Source of the DNA: a virus
Virus record (IMG/VR): IMGVR_UViG_3300046318_000491
Location: 1-64,000 of that record
DNA: 64,000 bases
Direction: 5' to 3' (one strand)
In this document: positions 28,179 through 39,492 of the stretch, piece by piece
How the letters are laid out: each line of letters begins with the position of its first letter
Numbering within the stretch: the first letter of the stretch is position 1
Notes under the pieces: model-generated
What the model was told of the DNA's origin: nothing
Databases searched by the model: none
What the model saw: the letters and a program-made list of their open reading frames with translations, nothing else
Translations under genes and position numbers: made by a program

Positions 28179-28210
28179 AAAACCCCGCACCTTCCCGGGC
28201 ACGGGGTTTT
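28177..28210. terminator. Bidirectional intrinsic terminator
   Basis: AAAAAACCCCGCACC-TTCCC-GGGCACGGGGTTTT. Confidence 0.8.
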
Positions 28211-28279
28211 GCCAATGACGCAACCTAGACCGGAATCCAGCCCTGTTCACTAGATGGCGCTAGCTTTTCAATTGCATCG

Positions 28280-28354
28280 TGACTTCTAGGGTCTCGATCC
28301 CTACACACCCCTAACCCATCTCGCGAAGATGGCGATGTGGCTCCATACGAAGTC
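28280..28354 (-). ncRNA. Putative tRNA-like non-coding RNA (no D-stem)
   Basis: GACTTC/GAAGTC acceptor-like stem, TAGGG-ATCGAGA-CCCTA T-arm-like hairpin, CACATC/GGTGTG and CCATCT/AGATGG helices; TAAAAT upstream. Confidence 0.5.
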
Positions 28355-28390
28355 TGTTCATGTAACATTTTAACCAAGTGCAAAGCACCG

Positions 28391-28463
28391 AGCCTCAAGC
28401 AGGAATTGAACCCGCGACATCAATATTACAAGTATTGCGCTCTACCAACTGAGCTATTGAGGC
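28391..28463 (-). tRNA. tRNA-Thr(TGT)
   Basis: GCCTCAA/TTGAGGC acceptor stem, CAATA-CTTGTAA-TATTG anticodon arm, GGTTCAATTCC T arm. Confidence 0.95.
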
Positions 28464-28578
28464 TTATTAGCACTAGGGTCCTTCAACCGTCCGGAACAGG
28501 GTTCCTAGCACTTGCCCTACCGCACTTTGGGCCATTTACCTACCACGCCCATATGTCGTGTTTCGGAGTGCGGAATCG

Positions 28579-28893
28579 TGGAGATGCGGGGAATTGAACC
28601 CCGGTCCGATCAAAAACAAACTATTCTTCTACAAGCTTAGGCTTTACCAGCCACGGTACTACAGCTGCGGGATCTTAAGGTCTCCTGCTGCAACCCTTTA
28701 GTGGTTCTATTTATTTAAAACCTGACTGCCCAGCTAGAACTACTGCTTTGTCAGGGGCACGGGGCTACTATTAGGCAGCTAGTGCGAATGCTGAACGTGA
28801 GTTTGCATTTATTGCTTTGCCCGATTTAAGAGGTACAGGCTTCTCTGCGTGCTTCACTAGTTTGTCGAATGACCGTCGAAACCTGTCATCCCC
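28579..28893 (-). ncRNA. ssrA: tmRNA
   Basis: 5' GGGGATG / 3' CATCTCC-A acceptor with G3:U wobble, GGTTCAATTCC T arm; tag frame 28806-28771 reads ANSRSAFALAA followed by two stops. Confidence 0.96.
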
Positions 28894-28966
28894 TCTATTT
28901 AGTTATAAATCTATAGTAACACATCAATCCCTAATAGCAACACTAAATACCATATAGAATCTTTTT

Positions 28967-29641
28967 ATGACTAACTTTGATAGATTAGAAGAGGTACGCG
29001 CCGGAATCGAGCACGTGCGTAATGGTGGCTTGGCTGTAGTTTTCAAGAACCTATTCCCAGAGGTACCTAGCTGGGAGGACTTTATTAACCATGCTCAGCA
29101 TGAGATAACTACTCCTCCAGGAAATATCCCTGCATGGCCATACGAAGAACGGTTCATCAATGGCGTACTACTTAGAAATCTTTTTTACTTAATGGTCTCT
29201 AACCCAAGCGATCAAGTTTTTCCTCAGACTAAAGCTGTACGAGAAGTTTTTGATGAACTTCTAGAAGATAATATTTGGCCAGTTAGTGCATTTGTAAACT
29301 TCCTTGGTGGAGAAAAGCCGATCGAGCCCCACTGCGACTACCGTGAGACAGTCTATTGGCAGTGTCAAGGTAAGGTCACTTGGAAGATATACAAGCGTGA
29401 AAACGTAGAACAAGGATCACCATATGGTATTCAACCAGAAATGGAACTTCACCTAGAGCCAGGTGACGTTATCTTTGTAGGATTCTTAGTAGGTCACTCA
29501 GTCGTAACGCCAGGGCCTCGCGCTGCAATTGGCTTCCAGCATAAGCAGGATGACCAAGGGCGTTTTGATGAAGGCAACAAAATTGTTAAGAAGCACTATG
29601 AAGATCTAGGTGTAGAGGTCGACTACAGTCGAAACTCTTAG
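28967..29641 (+). CDS. JmjC/cupin-like 2OG oxygenase (paralog of 27594..28178)
   Basis: HCD...WQCQG...W.I...LEPGDVIFV...HSV. Confidence 0.8.
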   Translation: MTNFDRLEEVRAGIEHVRNGGLAVVFKNLFPEVPSWEDFINHAQHEITTPPGNIPAWPYEERFINGVLLRNLFYLMVSNPSDQVFPQTKAVREVFDELLEDNIWPVSAFVNFLGGEKPIEPHCDYRETVYWQCQGKVTWKIYKRENVEQGSPYGIQPEMELHLEPGDVIFVGFLVGHSVVTPGPRAAIGFQHKQDDQGRFDEGNKIVKKHYEDLGVEVDYSRNS

Positions 29642-30756
29642 TTTTTATCTAGGAACTCAATAAAAGTTTCAGCAATATGACGGTGCTGATGCGCCCCCAT
29701 ATGGGCATAGTCAATGCCATTAATATCATCTAAGCCTCTATAAAAATTAACGCCATAAGTGCTCATAAGCTCTTGGTGGCACTCCACTACTGGATGCTCT
29801 TTATTAGGACTATTTCTAAACTGTAGACCTAGAAAAACTTCACCTGCAATTTCTCTATCTGGATTCTGTACCCAGCAGTCTACATCTATATCTACCAGAT
29901 TGGTGTAGTTCTTAGGGAACAGCTCCTTGACTTCAAGTAAGAAGGAGAGTATAGAAGTGTCCCAGGTGCTCCATGCAAACTTAATTCCATGAGAGCGGCA
30001 ATACTGTTCTAAAAACAAGATGCTCTGCATAGACTCAAAAACTGCAATATCAGCAGGAAGTACATCGGCTGCTTCATGAGGCTTTTTAGAATAGGTTGGA
30101 GTCATGCTAGGTGGTAGTGCTTGATCTAGGTGTATCTCTAAAATTCTTGTAAAGTCATCAGAGCCTGGGTATCGAGAATCACGGTGCCCGTTTCCGCCGT
30201 ATATGAGCTGACCGCTATTTGTTGCTAAAGTCATTCTATAAAAGTCGGGAAATAGGCAGCATAGGATTTCTGGATGACCATGCTCATCAAAATAGGAGAG
30301 AATATTTCTTACAATCCACTGAACTGAAGCCCCCTGCTTTGAAATATTGGCATAAGACTTTCCAAGCTGATTAGCAAGGGTAGACCCCCAAATTACCTCT
30401 TCTGGTATCCCGGTGCCAAAAGTATTAGAGCATCCAGCAAAAACAACTTCTGCTGTACCATCAAACTCAGCGGATCGATACCCAATAGAGTTCATGCGGT
30501 ACGTGTTTACTTTGTCAGTATATATAGGCGTATTATCTTCATCAAATCTTAAAAAAAGCTTATCTTCCCAGGGGAGCCCTAGTTCTTCAAACTGATGCTT
30601 ACTTGCCTCAAAAAAGACTTGATTCTCTATTTCGGTACTAAAGATTTTTCTCAAAGTTTTTTCATTATATGAAATCCTTGAATTACCGGGCCTAAGCAGC
30701 TTAAGCGAGAAACCATCCTCATTACGGGAATGCTTGTTATTATCTCTGTCTCTCAT
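29638..30756 (-). CDS. SGNH/GDSL-hydrolase-like protein
   Basis: NSIGYRS, FAGCSNTFG (block I), C-terminal D..HMGAHQH. Confidence 0.7.
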   Translation of the reverse strand: MRDRDNNKHSRNEDGFSLKLLRPGNSRISYNEKTLRKIFSTEIENQVFFEASKHQFEELGLPWEDKLFLRFDEDNTPIYTDKVNTYRMNSIGYRSAEFDGTAEVVFAGCSNTFGTGIPEEVIWGSTLANQLGKSYANISKQGASVQWIVRNILSYFDEHGHPEILCCLFPDFYRMTLATNSGQLIYGGNGHRDSRYPGSDDFTRILEIHLDQALPPSMTPTYSKKPHEAADVLPADIAVFESMQSILFLEQYCRSHGIKFAWSTWDTSILSFLLEVKELFPKNYTNLVDIDVDCWVQNPDREIAGEVFLGLQFRNSPNKEHPVVECHQELMSTYGVNFYRGLDDINGIDYAHMGAHQHRHIAETFIEFLDKN

Positions 30757-30765
30757 GCGTTAATT

Positions 30766-30867
30766 CTAATAGATATATTTTTTCTTTGAAGCGTTCTTCT
30801 TAGAGAACCGCTTTTTCCTATACGCAGCAATATATTTAGATATTAGGTATTTTATCTTGATAATCAT
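30766..30867 (-). CDS. 33-aa basic peptide ending KYIY
   Basis: MIIKIKYLISKYIAAYRKKRFSKKNASKKKYIY, between the carbamoyltransferase and the SGNH gene. Confidence 0.55.
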   Translation of the reverse strand: MIIKIKYLISKYIAAYRKKRFSKKNASKKKYIY

Positions 30868-30876
30868 AGCTAAATA

Positions 30877-32331
30877 CTAATCCTGACTGCCTAGATTAGA
30901 AGTGATCTTATATTTATAGGTTAGCTCCCACTTAGCTATATCCTCTAAATCATTAAGTAGTGGTTGGCCTTTTATGTTCAGACTGGTATTCAAAAGCATA
31001 GGGACACCCGTGATTTCATAAAACTTCTTAAGAACTGCATAGAGCCCTGGGTGCTGATTAGCATTTACTGTTTGAACCCTTGAAGTACCATCGTAGTGAA
31101 CTACAGATGGTACCAGTTCTGGTTTAAGACATCTAGGAGTGAATTGCATATATGGAGATACATAGTACATATCAAACCACTCGGACGCGTGTTCTTCCAT
31201 AACAATTGGGGCAAAGGGCCTGAATAGTTCACGCTTCTTTATCTTGTTTACTTTGTCCTTGATCTCAGGGTCTCGCGGATCAGCAAGGATGCTCCTATTA
31301 CCTAAAGCTCTAGGACCGAACTCAGCCCTACCGCTAGCAACTGGAGCTATTTTGTTCTCCATAAGTGCGTCTATGATTCTATCTACGGGGTACTCCCCAG
31401 GGATATTAGTGCCTAGATAGGGCCCATGCCAGTCAAGTTTCTTCTGGTGAACCGCCGCCGCTGCCCCTAGCGACGAACCAGCATCCCCTGGATTAGGCAT
31501 AATCCAAATATCCCTAAATAGTTTCCAGAGACGAGTATTAGCCTTACTGTTTAGGGCACAACCACCCATAAAAACTAGATTACTTTTACCAGTCAAAGAC
31601 TGAGCATCCCACATAAACTCCCAGAGTCGATCTTCATATACCTCTTGGACCGCAGCTGCGATGTCAAATCTGTCCTGATCGCTGATATCTTGGCCCCAGT
31701 CGTATATCCCTTTGTGGAAGTTATACTTCTGCGTATATGTAGACGAGAAATATGATGCCACCTTGTCGTAATACTTTTTAGAGTCACCATAGGCTGCCAT
31801 CCCCATCATGATATATTCTTCTTCGTTTGGCTTCAGCCCGATCAGCTGAGTGAACGCAGAATAGAACAGTCCATAGCTAAATGGATATTTCCATCGCTTG
31901 ACTTGCTTAAGAGAGTCACCTTCACCAACCCAAATTGAGCTAGTAGTGAACTCTCCTATCGCATCTAGAACGACAACAACTGCATCATCGAATGGCGAGG
32001 TGTAGTAGCCAGCCGCAGCATGCGAATGATGGTGATAAGCAACATAAGTAGGGATGCCTTTTAGCTCAGGCATACTTTTGTAAAATGGTTTTCCGCCACC
32101 TAGCCCGCCTCGCGAAAAGATGCGCCAATTCTTCAGCCAGCGATCTTCATAGTAAGCAATTTGATCTGGTAGACCATAGCTCAATGCTTCTAACAACAGT
32201 TCACGGTTAGTGAACCAATCATTTTTTACTTTAGAGTAGCGCTCGGCATGAGCAGCAAATATAATTTTTCCATCTTCAAGTACAGATACAGAAGCATCGT
32301 GGGAAGTCTCATTGATGCCAAGTATTCTCAT
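30877..32331 (-). CDS. O-carbamoyltransferase (NodU/CmcH/TobZ family)
   Basis: HDAS, ERYS..K, HHHSHAA, DAIGE, GGCALN, EFGPRALGNRS, FRPFAP, LLNTSLN. Confidence 0.95.
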   Translation of the reverse strand: MRILGINETSHDASVSVLEDGKIIFAAHAERYSKVKNDWFTNRELLLEALSYGLPDQIAYYEDRWLKNWRIFSRGGLGGGKPFYKSMPELKGIPTYVAYHHHSHAAAGYYTSPFDDAVVVVLDAIGEFTTSSIWVGEGDSLKQVKRWKYPFSYGLFYSAFTQLIGLKPNEEEYIMMGMAAYGDSKKYYDKVASYFSSTYTQKYNFHKGIYDWGQDISDQDRFDIAAAVQEVYEDRLWEFMWDAQSLTGKSNLVFMGGCALNSKANTRLWKLFRDIWIMPNPGDAGSSLGAAAAVHQKKLDWHGPYLGTNIPGEYPVDRIIDALMENKIAPVASGRAEFGPRALGNRSILADPRDPEIKDKVNKIKKRELFRPFAPIVMEEHASEWFDMYYVSPYMQFTPRCLKPELVPSVVHYDGTSRVQTVNANQHPGLYAVLKKFYEITGVPMLLNTSLNIKGQPLLNDLEDIAKWELTYKYKITSNLGSQD

Positions 32332-32340
32332 GGAACTATT

Positions 32341-32574
32341 CTATAGCTCTATACCAGAGTTAGTGGCTCGCCAAACACTAGGAGCGTGGTTGTCTTCAAC
32401 AGCAAGTTTTGCAGTTGGGTCCTCATATAAACGCAAAATATGAATACACGGGTCAGATTCCTCGAACTCTAAGTCCTCTGCCTCTGATGTGGGTAGCCCA
32501 TCATGCGTATAGCAAACGGCTGGACCAACCCATCCAGCAGTGATTCCAGTTTGAAGCCAAGTATCGAAGTCCAT
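32341..32574 (-). CDS. Hypothetical protein
   Basis: MDFDTW start from the AGGAG RBS; C.THDG.P motif. Confidence 0.65.
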   Translation of the reverse strand: MDFDTWLQTGITAGWVGPAVCYTHDGLPTSEAEDLEFEESDPCIHILRLYEDPTAKLAVEDNHAPSVWRATNSGIEL

Positions 32575-32638
32575 TTGCTCTCCTAAAATTAAACCCTCCA
32601 CCCAGAATAGGGCAAAGGGTCTAATTTGTCAAATAGGA

Positions 32639-32923
32639 CTACTGGTATTTTTCTTCTTCAGGCTTTGATTCACCAAGACCGTCAGCAGTTGCTTTAGGGT
32701 CTTTCACATTGAAGGCAGCATTAATTTCTTCAGCAGTTAGTTTGCCATCATCGATGTAGGCACGAGCTAGACGCTCAACTACGGCTGCTACAGCACCAGC
32801 ACCTGCCATTAGGCAAGCCTGTGCAAGGCCAACACCAACGATAGATCCAGTACCAATAACGCTAAGCGCGGTGGCGATAAATACCGCCATAATTCGGTAT
32901 ACGATACCTAGAACAGTTTTCAT
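32639..32923 (-). CDS. Membrane protein (holin-like)
   Basis: Hydrophobic N-half and DDGKLT..EINAAF tail. Confidence 0.6.
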   Translation of the reverse strand: MKTVLGIVYRIMAVFIATALSVIGTGSIVGVGLAQACLMAGAGAVAAVVERLARAYIDDGKLTAEEINAAFNVKDPKATADGLGESKPEEEKYQ

Positions 32924-32980
32924 TTTTCTCCCGGGATAGAGGTTAGTTAATTAAGCCTCTCTCCCAAGGGCATGAAATTA

Positions 32981-33295
32981 TTATAGCATTTTAGCGATAT
33001 TGCGAGTGCGAAGGCGTCGCATCATACGCCGACGGTCCATTTGAGTCATGCCTCCCCAGATACCCTGTAAATCAAGGCGCTCTAGCGCAAAGCCAGCGCA
33101 TTCCAGCTTATAAGGGCATTCAGCACAGATTGCTTTAGCCTCTCGCTCATTGGAGTAATACTCGAACTTAGCGATTATGGCATCAGAATGATCGACAGGG
33201 AAAAATATATCCGGGTCTGTTTGACTGCATAAAGGGTCACCATTGTCTGTAAAGTTAGGGAAACCCTCTAAGTATCCAATGCTATCAAAATCCAT
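32981..33295 (-). CDS. whiB: WhiB-family Fe-S transcription factor
   Basis: CSQTDPDIFFP...CAECPYKLEC...GIWGG...RR. Confidence 0.93.
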   Translation of the reverse strand: MDFDSIGYLEGFPNFTDNGDPLCSQTDPDIFFPVDHSDAIIAKFEYYSNEREAKAICAECPYKLECAGFALERLDLQGIWGGMTQMDRRRMMRRLRTRNIAKML

Positions 33296-33319
33296 GGCGA
33301 GAGCCTTCCTAGTGCATAG

Positions 33320-33505
33320 TTATCTGTTCGTATGCTGGAACCCAGAACCTTTAAAAGTAATTGGCGGAGCACTGAACACTCTCAATAGTTTACCTTCGCA
33401 ACCCTCTTCAGCGCAAGTCGATCTAGTAGAAGGTTCGGTAATACTTCGGATCTCGGAGTATTTATGCTCCGGGTTCAAGTCACATTTAAATTCGTAAGTA
33501 GGCAT
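33320..33505 (-). CDS. FmdB-like zinc-ribbon protein
   Basis: MPTYEFKC...C....C...RVFS..PITFKGSGF. Confidence 0.85.
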   Translation of the reverse strand: MPTYEFKCDLNPEHKYSEIRSITEPSTRSTCAEEGCEGKLLRVFSAPPITFKGSGFQHTNR

Positions 33506-33524
33506 GGGTACAAGTTTACAGGGT

Positions 33525-33555
33525 AAAAGAAAACCCCTACCGAAGTAGGGGGTCT
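33525..33555 (-). terminator. Intrinsic terminator after nrdF
   Basis: Minus strand CCCCTAC-TTCG-GTAGGGG followed by TTTTCTTTT. Confidence 0.85.
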
Positions 33556-33565
33556 CTCATCTGAA

Positions 33566-36654
<3,089 letters not shown>

Positions 36655-37064
36655 AGCTGCTCTAGCCTTTCAGTTATTTCCATAATGTCATCTGGCGTTC
36701 CTAGTATCTCTGCTCGGTATAGCAACGGAACGCCCGTCTTTGCTACAACGACATCTGCGGCTAAGCAATAGTGCTCACCAAAGTTGGTGTTACCAGTGCC
36801 GATGACCCCGCGGATAAGGTCTCTGTTTTGTTGCAAATTTAAAAACTTTACTACTTGACGTGGAACTGCTTTTTCATACTCTCCCCCGCCATAGGTAGGA
36901 AGGATCAAAACATATTCACGTTTTACAAGCAGAGGGCTCTCTGCATCCCACTTAAGTGGAATTTGTACAAGACTAGTCAGAAAAGAGAACTTTTCTGCAA
37001 AGCGCTTAGTGTTTCCAGACGCGCTGGAGAAATAGACGATGTCGTACATAACATCAGCCTACTA

Positions 37065-37292
37065 CTAGTTAACTGATAAAGCACCTAATTTGTCAGGGCG
37101 GAAGCCTGACCAGTGGTCGTCGCCAGCGATAACGATTGGTGCAGCTTGATAACCAAGAGTTTTTACCATTTCATATGCAGCTTCATCCTGGCTAAGGTCA
37201 ATAACGGAGTACTCAACGTTATTTTTGTCTAAAACCTTTTTTGTACTTTCACATTGAACGCAAGATGGAAGTGTATAAACGGTTACAGACAT
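37065..37292 (-). CDS. nrdH: Glutaredoxin-like NrdH
   Basis: CVQC and WSGFRPD. Confidence 0.96.
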   Translation of the reverse strand: MSVTVYTLPSCVQCESTKKVLDKNNVEYSVIDLSQDEAAYEMVKTLGYQAAPIVIAGDDHWSGFRPDKLGALSVN

Positions 37293-37413
37293 TAGGAGAG
37301 CCTTTCAGGGCATAGAGTTATAAGCCAAATCCTGACGATTTTTCCAAAATTTCTCTGGTTCGTCAGGAGGCGGATTACTAGTATAAGTCAAAAAATGACG
37401 AGCGATTTTTTCG

Positions 37414-37644
37414 CTAAAAAAAGAATACAGCGTCCGCGATCTCTTTGCAAATCGGGCAAAGTTTTAAACGCTCAGGGTTTTTTGAAGGGATAAAAATTTT
37501 TCCACATAGGGCCTCAACAGGGGTTCCCATTATGTAGCCCTCCGTCACAGATGCGGCCTCAGCGTAATGAGCCAGTTCATCGTTGTTTTCAGAATCCGTG
37601 TCCTGGTCTAGGTTAGTTTCTACCAGATCTAAAACCTGAGTCAT
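37414..37644 (-). CDS. DUF3039-like actinobacterial protein
   Basis: AHY...G.PVEALCGK...CPIC. Confidence 0.8.
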   Translation of the reverse strand: MTQVLDLVETNLDQDTDSENNDELAHYAEAASVTEGYIMGTPVEALCGKIFIPSKNPERLKLCPICKEIADAVFFF

Positions 37645-38594
37645 ACAGCCTCCAGCATTGATAGCACCTTTGATTTTGGAATTGTAGCAAGGTGGCTACT
37701 TAAATCATTTGTACCATAAGAGATAACAAAATTAGAACCGTGCTCTACTAGTCCAGCAGCAAATTCAATGCCATTAATTTCAAACTGAAATTCCGGCGAG
37801 ATCGCAATCAGATCCCCTAGCTGGTTGTAGCGAACAAACTGATGCGTATAGAACTTCTGCTTACCAGCCTGTACCGCAAATGTCCTACGGCTCTGATACG
37901 TGACATTCTTGACGTAGAGAACGTGTACAACAGCGAGGTAAGTGCCATCGCCTAAGTCGTGAAGATTAGTATTCCCCCGAAGACCGCTGAGCTTTTTGTT
38001 TGAATTAAATTTATTGATTAAAGTACTGTCTTTAATTATAGCAGTGGGGCCGTAAATATACTCAAAGTTGGGATTAGGTTCGTAGGGGGCCATCCAGTTT
38101 TTCTCTGGCTTGGCATATTCTGGACCGTCATACTTCTCAACTAGAGTAGCCAAATTCTTTTTATGATCATATTTATATAGAGCCACACGAGCAACTGGAG
38201 TATGGCCTTTTTCCATCATGATGCCAGTAAAGTACCAAGAGCCATTACGCCAAAAAAGTTTTGCATCTTCAATCCCTCGTTCTAATAAAAACTCAGATTG
38301 AGCAAACTCTACTTGTCGTAAATTTTTAAAATTTAGCTGATCGTCAAGCTCAGTGAACCACACTTGATTTTTAATCTCACCCTGATTGGTGACCTCTAAG
38401 TACCCAGTGTCTAGATAGATAACGTAATTACTGGAGCGAATTGTTATGGCATAGCCCTCGATTGGAGAATATGCAATTGAAGGGTTAAAGGCAGACCAGG
38501 TTTTTACATCAGGATCTACTAATCTGCGAATCTGTCTGGTGGCCCCGCCCAGTTTCGCAATAGTAGGGTATGTTTGCTTAATTTTATTTTTCAT
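37641..38594 (-). CDS. Beta-propeller glycoside hydrolase/phosphorylase-like protein (GH43/GH130-like)
   Basis: FNPSI, GIEDAKL, EKNW.P, IEFAAGL, ISYG..D. Confidence 0.7.
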   Translation of the reverse strand: MKNKIKQTYPTIAKLGGATRQIRRLVDPDVKTWSAFNPSIAYSPIEGYAITIRSSNYVIYLDTGYLEVTNQGEIKNQVWFTELDDQLNFKNLRQVEFAQSEFLLERGIEDAKLFWRNGSWYFTGIMMEKGHTPVARVALYKYDHKKNLATLVEKYDGPEYAKPEKNWMAPYEPNPNFEYIYGPTAIIKDSTLINKFNSNKKLSGLRGNTNLHDLGDGTYLAVVHVLYVKNVTYQSRRTFAVQAGKQKFYTHQFVRYNQLGDLIAISPEFQFEINGIEFAAGLVEHGSNFVISYGTNDLSSHLATIPKSKVLSMLEAV

Positions 38595-39400
38595 ACATAA
38601 ATCACTGCCGGATAGCGATCCTTAACGTCAGATATCTTTTTTGCAACTGCAAATAGATTATCCCCCATATCAGCCAAGTCCAAGTTATATCCAGCACCCC
38701 TGAGGCGCTCTACGTCATCCAAGAACGGGTCTTCAAAGGTATTCTCGGTCCAGATATCGACCTGAAATCCTGCAGCCTCTAGGACACTTTTAAGGGTTCT
38801 TTTGCTGTACTCGTAGTTGTGTCGGTACGGGTTTCGGTCCTTATGATATTGCATGTAGAAATATGGCTCATAGCCACGTAGAATCTTCCACAAGCCCTGA
38901 GTACTGCAAGAGTTAGGGGTACTTAGGATTAATGTCCCATCCACCTTCAGTACACGATTAAGCTCAGATAGCATAAACATGGGGTCTACATCTAAGTGCT
39001 CTAATACCTCGGAGCATAGAATGGAGTCATATAGTTCATCCTCTACGGGCAATGTGGTGGACTCGAGATCCACTGCCATGTAAGTAGCCGTCAAAGAGGT
39101 AGAACCAAATACAATGCTCAGCTCTCCTTTTATTGGCATAGACAGATCAAAATTAGTGACATCTACCGTGACTCCAGGAGCTAATTTAGCTAAGGCTACA
39201 GGGATTATAGAGCTAGTGCCGACCTCCAACATACGGCCCCCTAGAGGGTTGCTTAATAAAATTTCTAGTGTTCTAGCATGACGTCTAGCATGAGTAGCAT
39301 GGTAGTGCTCATCGGTGCCATATCCCGACTCTTCTTTTATTAAACTTTGCAGGGTACTTGCAATTTTCTTATCTACCCCAAGATACGGTAGTGAAATCAT
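38591..39400 (-). CDS. Class I SAM-dependent methyltransferase
   Basis: MLEVGT, YDSILCSEVLEHL, RVLKVDGTLILSTPN. Confidence 0.88.
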   Translation of the reverse strand: MISLPYLGVDKKIASTLQSLIKEESGYGTDEHYHATHARRHARTLEILLSNPLGGRMLEVGTSSIIPVALAKLAPGVTVDVTNFDLSMPIKGELSIVFGSTSLTATYMAVDLESTTLPVEDELYDSILCSEVLEHLDVDPMFMLSELNRVLKVDGTLILSTPNSCSTQGLWKILRGYEPYFYMQYHKDRNPYRHNYEYSKRTLKSVLEAAGFQVDIWTENTFEDPFLDDVERLRGAGYNLDLADMGDNLFAVAKKISDVKDRYPAVIYV

Positions 39401-39492
39401 CTTTAATCCCTAAATGTGCCTCTAAGGTGCTCATCTTACCACACTGTAAATGCTGTAAAATAAGTATTGACTGTATCTCCCGAAAGTGCGTA

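Noticed and set aside
28500-28575. Hammerhead ribozyme (CGAAAC...GTA)
   Set aside because: The CUGANGA core is absent and the stem III register is off by one.
28337-28597. 86-aa plus-strand ORF
   Set aside because: Antisense to tRNA-Thr and the tmRNA 3' end, with no protein features.
37293-37413. NrdR boxes or a riboswitch upstream of nrdH
   Set aside because: Only one inverted repeat (CCTGACGA/TCGTCAGG) is seen and there is no match to the NrdR consensus.
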